64,000 nt of DNA from Geosiphon pyriformis uo1 (Eukaryota; Fungi; Glomeromycota), in assembly GCA_016748015.1 (NCBI GenBank), contig JAAOMT010000258.1:851378-915377 (forward strand), given 5' to 3'. This document shows, one piece after another, positions 42,609 through 53,275 of the stretch (its first letter is position 1; each line of letters opens with the position of its first letter). A model generated the notes under the pieces. That model was given only the letters and a program-made list of their open reading frames with translations, was not told the DNA's origin and ran no database searches. The position numbers and the translations under genes were made by a program.

Positions 42609-43438
42609 TTAACAATATGTTGGTACCTTGATACCAAAGTAAGGTCCATTATGCATCGGTTTTATGCCAAATTTGAAATTTTGAATTGAGTTTGAGCAAT
42701 TCTATACCGAAAAATGAAATTTGATTAATCAAAAATTTATAAACTAACATGTTAATTTTTATTTCATTCCAATCTAATTCAACTCACCGGATTTTCAACA
42801 CCTTTACAAATAAGCGTACCACCTGTTTTCGCAGTCTTATCATGTTTAATCCATAATTCTCCAGAAGGATGTTGATAGCCTAAAACTCGTAGAGGCAAAT
42901 GTGGGATCATATCCGAAGTATGAGTCATACGGAGCAGTTTAATTGTTCGATCAACATAGCTGGCAAAAATTTTGTTCCCCACACGGGGTTGACCGTATGT
43001 GTAAACGAAAAAGTTCTCATTCACTTTTAGTGTGGGAATTCTTTGTTTCAAATCCAGGGATTCCAGTAAGGCTAAGGCTAGAAGGTAAAAAAAAATGAAC
43101 AAGGTTGTAATCGATTATCTATTTTAAATCGGGGGCTGAGCTGAATGATTGATTTTTATTAGTCATCAAGCAAACTCACCACCACCTAAACTATGACCGC
43201 TAAGAGTGACACTGTATTCAGGATTTTCTTTCGTCAAATTTTGAACCTTGTCAAAGATCAAATCTTTGGCTGACTTGAATGCAACGTAAAAACCGCGATG
43301 TACTTTTGCGCCTTTTGCAAATGGGTATCGCTTGAATGAGATTTGGTTGTTGGTAATCGAATCTTTGATTGCTACCAAGGTGGTACCACGAAAGACTATA
43401 ATGATTAATTTTTTTTCAGAGTTTGTTGCTACGTAGGC

Positions 43439-43485
<47 letters not shown>

Positions 43486-43937
43486 ATAGTAGGAGTGGGT
43501 ATTCGAATATTGAAAAATATTTTCATTAGTTATGATGTTTGTTAAGTTCTTCACATTAACTGTTATCTTATTTATTGCATCTTACCTTGAGTATCTGTAT
43601 CTTTTACATTAACTAACAAATGTACTTTTGTGGTGTTCAATTTTTGACATTCTACACCACATTCCCAATTCAACACCGCGGTATCATTACAATAGGCAAC
43701 ACTAGAATATTGAGCAAACAATGTTAAATTCGCAATCTCAACTTTATCTAGTAACGGCTCTGTTGTATTTTTCTCTGAGTAATTATTCAAAGGATCAAGA
43801 AAGCTTGTTGCACTTATGGAAGTGGTTGCTGTGTAGAGAAAAAAGATAATTAAAAGGGAGAGTAAGAAACCATTTTGAAGGGTTAAAATAGTATGAAGTA
43901 GAGGAACTATGGGTGGGTTTAACGAGGAAGATTTCAT
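42609..43937 (-). CDS. Secreted class 3 lipase; complement(join(42609..42701,42788..43077,43180..43437,43586..43937)), 330 aa
   Basis: AQYSSVAYC, IIVFRGT, VHRGF, nucleophile GHSLGG, YTYGQPRVGN, DMIPHLP, C-terminal HNGPYFG; spliced length 993 nt is in frame. Confidence 0.93.
43439..43492. repeat. (TAG)15 microsatellite at the 3' end of lipase intron 1
   Basis: Direct read; on the coding strand (CTA)n runs into the acceptor CTAG. Confidence 0.95.
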
Positions 43938-44793
43938 TGTTCGTCGTTTAATTGATTAGGAGATGAAAAAGAAAAAAATCTTTTGCTCTTTTGGTTTTGT
44001 ATTGATTTTTTTTTTGAATTGTAAAAAAGTCTTTCTTGCTTTTTCATTTTTTCAATCATCTTTTTAAAATAAATTCCACCAAATTGGAAAAAAGTTTATC
44101 ATAAATAATTAACCAACAATTTTTGTGGCTCTGAGTCATGAATTTCCCTATCTTTTAAAATGAAAATTTGATGTTCGGGCTTATTCTCAAAAATGCCACG
44201 CTTTTTTTTTCCTGTGGCTTATCATAATTTCTTCCATTAAAAGTTGAACAGAATAATGGCCCGCTGCTAAGCCCAAATATTTGAAAAGCCTGATCATCAA
44301 AAGACATGAAAATTTGGTAAGACAAAAAATAATGATAAAAATTATTTTATAAAAAAGCCTTTTAACAGGTAACAATTATTATTATTATTAAATATTGATA
44401 GATGAGGGTAGGTAGGTAGATAGATAGATAGGTAGGTATTTAATTTGAAGAAAAACTCTTCAAATAAACGATGATAACCATTTAATTCTTAAATAATTGG
44501 TTAAAGTGTTACCAAAACTTCGTATTTTTTATCAGCTTCACATTTTAATGTTAAAGTGAAAAAGAAATTGATATTTTTAATGATAAACTACCAAATTAAC
44601 TAATAAAAACTAAAATTTATTCACAATATAAGAATACTATTATTGATTATTTTTGCTAGGCTTATTTTGGATTCTAGTTTAAAATATAATCTTAATATAT
44701 CAATACTAGGCTGTTTGAAAAAATAATTTTAATATATCAATAACCTTGAGGCAATTCGAAAGGTTTTGAGATAAAAAAACTCAACTCCTCATT

Positions 44794-45288
44794 TTAAGGG
44801 TTTGGAACACAACTTTCTGTTTTGCCATGGACTTGACAATGCTATCCCTGAATACAAAGCAATGTGCACACTTGACGTTTACCCAAGCCTAAAGATGACT
44901 TTCCTGAATTAAAGCAGCAAACCCGAAATGAGCAAGTTCTCAAGAATTTTAGATTGTAGAAAAAGTAAACATGAATATTTACCATTTGAAACTTGAGCAC
45001 AAGAAGCTTCGTCACATCCATGTGTTCCCGTTGGACGAACAACACATTCTTGTCCGTCTGGACATCCATCAAAACAACCTATTGCGATTTTTGGGCAGGG
45101 ATCAACTTTAAAAAAAAGAAAAAAAAGAATAGTTGTGAAATAATAGAAATAATTTTAAAGCCGCCGAAACTATTTTAAACAAAGAATTCACGCATCAATC
45201 AACCTAATTTGCCATAGCCGTCTTCAGAAGAAGCGCATGACATCTTAAAGATTAACAAAGCGATAGCGGTAAAAATGATTGCCTTCAT
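44794..45288 (-). CDS. Small secreted Cys-rich peptide precursor; complement(join(44794..44903,44983..45105,45204..45288)), in-frame TAG at 44842-44844 (89 aa to TAG, 105 aa to TAA)
   Basis: MKAIIFTAIALLIFKMSCASSEDGYGKL|VDPCPKIAIGCFDGCPDGQECVVRPTGTHGCDEASCAQVSN|GKSSLGLGKR-QVCTLLCIQG*HCQVHGKTESCVPNP; both introns phase 1 with pyrimidine-rich AG acceptors; first donor (GTTGAT) is weak. Confidence 0.72.
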
Positions 45289-45544
45289 GATTTTTGAGGG
45301 TTTTTGAATTGGGTAGAGAAATTACTTCTCGAGAGATCTTGTTGCCTTTATACCATTTGCCTTCTACAGGAATACATTTTAAAGTTTTAATAAGACTCAG
45401 GTTTTTAGTGTAATGACTGATTTTTCGAATTTTAATTTTGCCATGTAATTTATAATTTCATCATGGTCGTTTCAAAAATTATATTTTCATTGGACAAATT
45501 AGATGCCAAGATATTTGTAATAAATAAAATTTTTTTGTTAGTAG

Positions 45545-46247
45545 TGTTACAGTTGAAACCCATAATTTTTATTAGTTATCACATGTATTAGTCACTGATG
45601 TCATATAATTAGCCACTCTATTTTTAGATAGTGATCATTGACCTGATCAATGATCTGACCATTGACCTGATCATTGACCTGATCATTGACCTAATTATTG
45701 ACCTAGTCGTTGACCTGGTCGTTGACCACTTTCAATAGCTATATAAGCGATGAGTCTCTTAGCTGTAAAAAATTATCTTTCAGACAAGAATCAAATAAAT
45801 AAAAATAACAACTTTCATCTCAATCACTCTCTTATTGCTAATTTCCCTTTCCCTACCTTCAAGTATCTGAACATCTTAGGATAAAAGATTACTTGTTGGT
45901 CTTTTCCTGATGTATATAATTGTAGCATTTGAAAATTATTTGAATAAACGTGACTGAAAAGCACAAGTTGATACCTGATATTGAATTCTAAGAGTGCCAA
46001 CGTGAGACATGGAATTATACCAGTGGTGATCAATTGTTAATAGTACAGACTATTTTTCTACCTTCAGATTCTCCAGTTACCTTTGAAAAGAATAATGACT
46101 GAAATATTTTATGAGACTGATCTCGCACATTGAATCCATACTCATTCAATTTGCTTTTTAAAGTTGAATTCCCCTTTGATTATTTCCATCACCCTACAAT
46201 CCTGTTCTCCCTTGCTATTCATTAGCTTGTTACTCCAATTCGTAACA
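45545..46247 (+). repeat. 5' LTR (703 bp)
   Basis: TGTTAC...GTAACA termini; 12-bp gatcattgacct tandem repeats; TATA-like tatataag; aataaa. Confidence 0.95.
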
Positions 46248-46253
46248 TAAAAG

Positions 46254-46269
46254 TGGTGCTCCCTGTGAG
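46254..46269 (+). promoter_or_regulatory. Primer binding site TGGTGCTCCCTGTGAG
   Basis: 6 nt after the 5' LTR; complementary to a tRNA 3' end ...CTCACAGGGAGCACCA (resembles elongator tRNA-Met or tRNA-Ile(UAU) ends; identity inferred). Confidence 0.8.
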
Positions 46270-46299
46270 ATTGTCAAAATTCACTTATTCCCTCATTGT

Positions 46300-47853
46300 A
46301 TGAGTAATTACTCATATCTGCCACAGCAATCAGAAAAACACTTTGCAGCATACAACAGAAATGATCTAGATTTCATTGAACTTAATCCTCTGCCCTCCTG
46401 CTTGATTTGCTTTCCCATTAAAAAACAATCTAGTAGACAGTTCTAAGACTTTTGGAACTGGTTCCTGAATGAGCATTCAGCTGAAACTTACACAACTTAT
46501 ACAACCTATTACTTTGATCAAGCTTATTTTGAAGATAACTTTGAAGAAAGAAACAACAGTATCAATTAGCTCTTATATTCTACAATCTTTGAACAACAGC
46601 CCTCTGATTTTGAATATCTGAATCATCAAATCCACATTTGGATTGCTGTCCATCAATCAACAGTAACTTCCCTTGAAACAGAAGAAGAAAACTACCAAAC
46701 AGCCCCTATTTTTGATCTCTTCTTAAGTGAATTAGAGCACTTCACACAAACAGTAACTCCTGAACCAATGGCCCAAGATCCAATACAAGCAAACATTTTA
46801 GCCGCTTTTCAAGGCATACAAACTGCTTTGGGGTAAAAAAACAACACCCCATTACTATTATTCAGAGGTAATGCACAAGATTCAATTAAATGGTTGGACA
46901 ATTTTGAAAGAACAGCCACTGCCAACCAATATAATGATGAGTACAAGTTCCAAATCATTGGTGGCTATCTTCAAGGCTTTCCTGTCACATGGTTTTCACA
47001 AGAAACCAATGCCAATGTCCAGCACAAAATTATCAAATAGACACCAGCAGATACAGGAGAAAACAATACCTCTTTCACTACCCAGTTTGAAAACAAGTTC
47101 AGAACCCCAATCTTAATATCTAAATGGCGCATGGAACTGGAAAGAAGAACCCAAGGTTTTGGTGAAGTTGTAACCAAATATGCCAAAGCAATTAGAAAGT
47201 TAATCAAGCAAGTAGACTCTGGAAGAAACTGAACAGAAGAACAAAAGATTCATTCCTTTACAAAAGGATTGAGAACTAACTTATCTTATGTTTTTTGGCC
47301 TCTCTTGGCTCTAAAAGACAACTCTACAATAGATATGACTATTGAACTCACCCAAAGGATTGAAAATAACCAAAGCATGCATCTGAAATCCACACTTCCA
47401 GTTTTCGCTTCTGCTCCTGTCATGGCCTCTGCTTCTCAAGTAGCTGCTACTTCTTTTGCTGCCTAAACCCAAGACCCAAATGAACAATTGATAGATAGAC
47501 TCACAGTTAATCTTGCCCAGTTATTAGAACCATTAGCACAAACAGTCAGAGATAACCAGCAATAACCAAGACTTAGATATAAATCTTGTTTTAACCAGCC
47601 CCAGCAATCTCTCTATTAAAGACAGCAAAATTGTGGCCCATCTGTGTGCTATCATTGTGGATTAACTGGACATTATTCAAGAAATTGTAACAATTCTTCA
47701 CTGCCTCCTCCAACTCCCAGAAACAATGATAATCAAAACAACAGACCCAACAACAACAACAATGTTCCCAATCAAAGATCCAATCATGCCAACATCAATT
47801 TCTTTGGAGAGGATCCCCTAGTTAAAGCCACTGTCTATCAGCCTTTAAACTGA
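46300..47853 (+). pseudogene. gag: gag (stop-interrupted, frame intact) with CCHC zinc knuckle
   Basis: ATG 46300; retrotransposon gag core (WLDNFERTATANQY..., ELERRTQG..EVVTKY); CYHCGLTGHYSRNC at 47647; internal stops explicable as CAA/CAG/TGG/CGA transitions. Confidence 0.85.
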
Positions 47854-47883
47854 TAGATGCACCTCCAAAGGGTGAGAGTGCAA
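47844..47883 (+). promoter_or_regulatory. Putative -1 programmed ribosomal frameshift signal (T TTA AAC plus downstream stem-loop)
   Basis: Slippery heptamer in the gag frame directly before the gag stop; pol is in the -1 frame; TGCAC-CTC...GAG-A-GTGCA hairpin starts 7 nt downstream. Confidence 0.75.
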
Positions 47884-50534
47884 GCCAACCAGAAGAAAAC
47901 CCCTTTTACACTTTTAACTTAACTGATGATGACCATGACATGGATGAACTAGCAATCAACACTTCAGAACCAACCAGAAAGAAGAAAAAAGCCAAGGTTG
48001 ATTTCGTTCTAGACCCCAACAAAGCCTCAACTTCTGCCGTTGATAACAATGAGCCACCAAAGGCTAAAATTTTTAAGAATTCTCCAAAGTTAGAACCCCC
48101 AGAAATTGTACAAAAATCTGGATCCTGTTCCGTTGTCAAAAATCTCATAGAAACCCCAGCACATATTACTTTTGGCCAGTTAATGACCCACCTACAGTTC
48201 AGAAAAGATCTTCGCAAATCCTTGATTCCAAAGAAAAAGACACCAAAAACCAACAAGCACTCTTGCCAAGCTAGACTTGCTAACAACAGCAATGTCACTC
48301 CTCTGATTTGTAAAGCCCAAGTGGTTGAATACTTCATTGACTTAATTTTGGACAGTGGATTATCTGTTAGTGTTATTGCCAAACATTTCTTAGAAGCAAT
48401 TGGTAGAAAGATTGATAAACCTTTTACCAGACCAATGACCAATGTATATGGTGACAAAAAGAAAGAACTGGGTATTGCCAAAGCTGTTCCTGTCTGCATC
48501 AATGAAATCAGCATTGAAACTGACATGGAAGTTTCTGAAGCCAAGAAATACACTATCATTGTTGACAATAAATGGCTCAAGAAAACAAAAGCTTTGCTTG
48601 ATTATAAACTTTGTGAATTAACCATCAGATGTAGTGAGAAACCTATTGTGGTTAAGTGTTGCCATTGGACAACTTTCCCAGTACTCAAACAAAACCAAGA
48701 AGAAAAACAATCAGATGAATCAGATGATGAAGAGAGTGATGAAGAAGAAAAACAAGAAGAGCAAAAAGAAACTGCTGAACTCGCCTATACCACCTTCACC
48801 AGCAATGGCAAACCACTGGACAATGTTAAAGCAGACAAAAAAGGAATCATTGTAAATGGCAAGCTGATCTGCTGGCCTTATTATGATATTCTTAGAAGAA
48901 CCTTTGAAAGAAAATCTGGCAAGAAAACCAAATACAGTTTTTGGTGGCATGATTCTTGTGCCTGGTGTTGGTGCAACAAACCTTTGTATTCTCTAAGCAA
49001 TAAATGCAAATCATGCCTGATTTATTACAGAGATTGGGAACCAATTAGTTTAATACCCAGAAAAAAATTGAAAAAAGTACAGAAGTTCTTTGAAAATGAA
49101 CCACCTGAAATTCAATCACTAGTTGTAGAACAAAAAGAACCCTCCCCAGAAGAAAGAAAAATAGACATTGAAAATTTGCTGGCTAGAAATAGCCCAGTTA
49201 TCTCCAAAGAAGGTGATACCCCTGGACGTACTCATGTGATACAACACACTATTACCATCAGAGAAACTCGACTCATCTATTTGAAGCCTTATCAATCCAA
49301 TTGGTACAATAATAAGTTTATCAAGAAAAAAATAAACCGGATGAATGAACTTGGATTTATACAAAAAACCAAAAGTGAATAGGCTTTCCCAGTTGTAGTG
49401 GTATTCAAGAAAAGTGGAACACTATGCTTCTGTGTTGACTACTGCCAATTAAATGCCATCACTAAAAGAGACATATATCCACTTCCCAAGATTGATGCAA
49501 TATTAGACCAATTCAAAGATGCTGCTTTCTTCTCAACTATTGACTTAACTGCTGGATTCTGGCAAGTAAAGATGAATCTAGAAAGCAGAAAGAAAACTGT
49601 CTTCATCACCAAGTATAACACCTATGAATTCACAGTCATGTTTTATGGTTTCACCAATGCCCCTCCTACCTTCCAATGCTTAATGGATAAAGTATTTGAA
49701 TCAGTCAAAGAAAACTTTGTTCTAGTCTATTTGGACGGCATAATGGTATACTCAAAAACCTGGAATGAACACCTGGAACATTTGCAAAAAATTTTTGACC
49801 TCCTCAGAAATGCTGGCCTCAAGATCAACCCAATCAAATCTTTCTTTGAAAGACAATCCACCCAGTTCTTTGGTCATCTTATCACAAAAGATGGAATCTT
49901 TCCTGACCCAGCCAAAGTTGAAAAAGTCTAAAACATCAAACAACCAATAAACATTTATAAACTATGCTTTTTTTTTGGTTTGGCCTCTTATTATCACAAA
50001 TTTGTTAAAGATTTCTCCAAAATCGTCTTTCCTTTCAATTAGCTACTCAGGAAAAATGTCAATTACCATTGAGGAACACATCAGCAAAAAGCCTTTGAAA
50101 CTTTAAAGAAAAAACTGGTTACAGAACTTATCCTCAAGCAATCTAATCTAGATCGACCCTTTATTCTCTATACTGATGCATCTGGCTTTGAACTTGGTGC
50201 TATTCTCTCCCAAAAAGATGAAGATAGCAAAAAACATGCCATAGCCTATGCCAATAGAACCCTTTCCCCAGCAGAACAGAACTATTCAGTTACTGAACAA
50301 GAATGCTTAGCAGTAGTATGGTCCACCAGTTACTGGAGTAAGTATCTTCTTGGTGTGAAGTTTTTGGTGGTAACAAATTACCAAGCTTTGGTTTGGCTGC
50401 ACAATAAAAAGAGGTTAAAACACAAACGGATAACTTGCTGAATACTCCACTTGGATGAATTCGATTATGATATTCAACATCACAAAGGAGCTAATTATTA
50501 AAATGCTAACATTTTCTCCAGACTTACCATCTAG
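47851..50534 (+). pseudogene. pol: pol: aspartic protease - RT - RNase H (stop-interrupted)
   Basis: LILDSG protease; CVDY..LN, YPLPKID, IDLTAGFWQV, YLDG (from YLDD); RNase H YTDASGF, NYSVTEQECLAVVW; one frame throughout; ends SRLTI* at 50534. Confidence 0.9.
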
Positions 50535-50604
50535 TGACAGAACAACCCTCTCAAACCAAACCAACTTAATTATTAGTAATTCTCCCTTTTTGACAAACAC
50601 GATA

Positions 50605-51918
50605 ATAGACTTGGACAACTACTCTGCCTTAATAGAATTTTTGAGTAAAGAACAATACCCACCAAAATACACACAACAACAAAGAGAACATTTGCGCAAA
50701 CAATCAAATTTCTATTTGATTCACCAGAACCAACTTTATAAAAGAAATAGAAACAATCCTGACCACCCTCAGAGAGTCATCAGATTTGAAGAAAGAGAAA
50801 TTGTGATTTACAATATGCACACTGATCCATTAGCTGGACAGTTTGGAAAAAAAAAAACAATTCAGAAAACTTTAGCTTGCTATTATTGGCCTACCTTGGG
50901 AAAAGACATTGCTGAATACATCAAAACCTGTGATATCTGCCAAAGAAGAGGAAAATCCAATTGCAAAGAAGATATTCATCCAATTTCTGTTGGTCAATCC
51001 TTTGACAGAATTGGTATAGATGTTGTTGAACCTTTAACAATAACTCCTGATAGCAACAGATATATTATCACAGCTACCGACTATCTTACAAAGTGGGTAG
51101 AAGCAAGAGCCACTCCAGACCAAACAGCAATCTCAATAGCCAATTTTATTTATGAAGATATCATTTGTCACTATGGCTGCTCCAAAGAACTTTTATCTGA
51201 CAGAGGAAGAGCTTTTCTTAGTATACTTGTTGAAAAACTTTGCAGAAAAATAAGAATATGTTACAAACTTTTCTTTCTTTATCATCCCCAAACAAATGGC
51301 CTAATAGAATGTTTCAATAGAACACTATGTGAAACCCTAGCCAAAACCAGTAAAGAAACAAATTTATGGGACAAAATACTGCTTTTAGCTTTGTTTGCTT
51401 ATAGAACTGTGAATCATGACATAACAAGTTATGAACTCTTTTATCTATTCTATGAACAAATGGCAACCCTACCAATAGAAACTGACATTAAGACAATACT
51501 CTTTGAAGAAATAACAATAGGGAATTACAAAGACATTTTGCAAAAAAGACTTGGTACCATTCTTGACTCATTAGTAAAAGCATGGATAATTGCCTTTGAA
51601 AAGATAAAACAATTTTAAGAGAAGCTTAAGAAAAAGAAAACATATAAAACACTTTCCTTAATTATTAGTGACTTAGTTTTAGAATACTGTTCAGACAGAA
51701 ACAATGTCTATGGTGATAAATTCTCTAATTGGTGGAAAAGACCCTTTATAGTCAACAAAGTTTTGAACAATGGTTCTTATATCTTACAAAATTAATATAG
51801 AACAATCTTCAATGATCGTCCTGTTCATGGCACACGACTCAAGAAATATCACAAATGACCTGATTGGTTACCTGTTATGGTAATACCGACCCAAATAATC
51901 AACAAAAATCAGATATAA
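50605..51918 (+). pseudogene. Integrase (HHCC zinc finger, DDE core, GPY/F-like tail) in +1 frame relative to RT-RH
   Basis: MHTDPLAGQFG..YYWP..CDICQ; IGIDVV, DYLTKW, LLSDRG, YHPQTNGLIEC; no chromodomain. Confidence 0.88.
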
Positions 51919-51959
51919 ATAAATGCACCATTCCCAAAACAGAGGTATTTTCAATTGAC

Positions 51960-52616
51960 ATGAACAATTATTTTCTAGATCAAAACATTCAAAATGCTTT
52001 CTACACTCTCTATGAGTACTGGATCAAAAATTTTCCAAATGCTACTCTGACTATTGGAAAACAAACCACCATAACTGATAACAGTGGAACACATACTGTT
52101 ATTAAATCAAAGAAAACCACTACCAGAAGAGAAAGAATTGGTAGCAAAATGGATAAATATTTGCTAGAAAGCATAACAGCAGCAATATTTATATCTTCCA
52201 TAACAATTAGAAAAATGATTAAGGAAATTTTGCCCATAGACAAAAACTTGTCATATGAAAGGCAACTAAAACTCTATGGTCATCTTGGTGAAATCATAAA
52301 AGAAATGAAGCTCATAAAGAAAACAACTTTAGAGATACAAGTGGAAATTTTGGGCATTATACATTTAGATGTCCCAAAAGTTTTGACCATTACAAGAAGA
52401 GCCAAAACTCTTATATAAAAATTTGTTCTCTTGGATACAAAGCTTATTTTGCTTCAAGTATTATACACTCTATTCACAAAAGACTTCAACAAACTAGTTA
52501 GTTTTGAGTTAGACAAAACCCTTCAATTAGAATATCCTATAAATAGCTTGATTTTGCCGGAGCTCAATCTCTTTGGAGAGGATGATATTATGGTTGAAAC
52601 TCATAATTTTTATTAG
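51960..52616 (+). pseudogene. Additional 3' ORF (ORF3) of the Gypsy element, unknown function
   Basis: Track ORFs 51864..52418 and 52431..52616 share a frame, separated by one TAA (likely CAA); ATG 51960; runs through the PPT. Confidence 0.65.
52574..52585 (+). promoter_or_regulatory. Polypurine tract (tggagaggatga)
   Basis: Purine-rich run directly before the 3' LTR. Confidence 0.75.
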
Positions 52617-53275
52617 TTATCACATTATTAGTTACTAATGTCATATAATTAGCCACTCTATTTTTAGATAGTGATCATTGACCTGATCAATGACCTAACT
52701 GTTAACCTGATCATTGACCTAATTATTGACCTAGTCATTGACCTGGTCGTTGACCACTTTCAATAGCTATATAAGCAATGAGTCTCTTAGCTGTAGAAAA
52801 TCATCTCTCAGACAAGAATCAAATAAATAAAAATAACAATTTTCATCTCAATCACTCTTTTATCGCTAATTTTCCTTTCCCTACCTTCAAGTATTCGAAC
52901 ATCTTAGGATAAAAGATTACTTGTTGGCCTTTTCCTGATGTATATAATTGTAGTATTTGAAAATTATTTGAATAAACATGACTAAAAAGCACAAGTTGAT
53001 ATCTGATATTGAATTCTAAGAGTGCTGATATGAGGCATAGAATTATACCAGTGATGATCAATTGTTGACAGTATGGACTATTCCTCTACCTTCAGATTCC
53101 CCAGTTACCTTTGAAAAGAATAGCGACTGAGATATTTTATGAGACTGATCTCGCACATTGAATCCATACTCATTCAATTTGCTCTTTAAAGTTGAATTCC
53201 CCTTTGATTATTTCCATTACCCTACAATCCTGTTCTCTCTTGCTATCCGTTAGCTTGTTACTCCAACCTGTAACA
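52586..53275 (+). repeat. 3' LTR (690 bp)
   Basis: Collinear with the 5' LTR; start mutated to TATTAT; ends GTAACA; lacks one 12-bp unit and 1 nt. Confidence 0.95.

Larger units (their letters stand above)
45545..53275 (+). mobile_element. Full-length, inactivated Ty3/Gypsy LTR retrotransposon (non-chromovirus-like), 7.73 kb
   Basis: Two LTRs, 4-bp TSD GTAG (45541-45544 and 53276-53279), PBS, PPT, gag-PR-RT-RH-IN order. Confidence 0.97.

Noticed and set aside
45824-46033. 69-aa antisense ORF also present at 52852..53061
   Set aside because: Duplicated only because it lies in the LTRs; non-ATG start in one copy and no recognisable motif
47906-50618. Several minus-strand ORFs over pol
   Set aside because: Antisense shadows of the retrotransposon coding region
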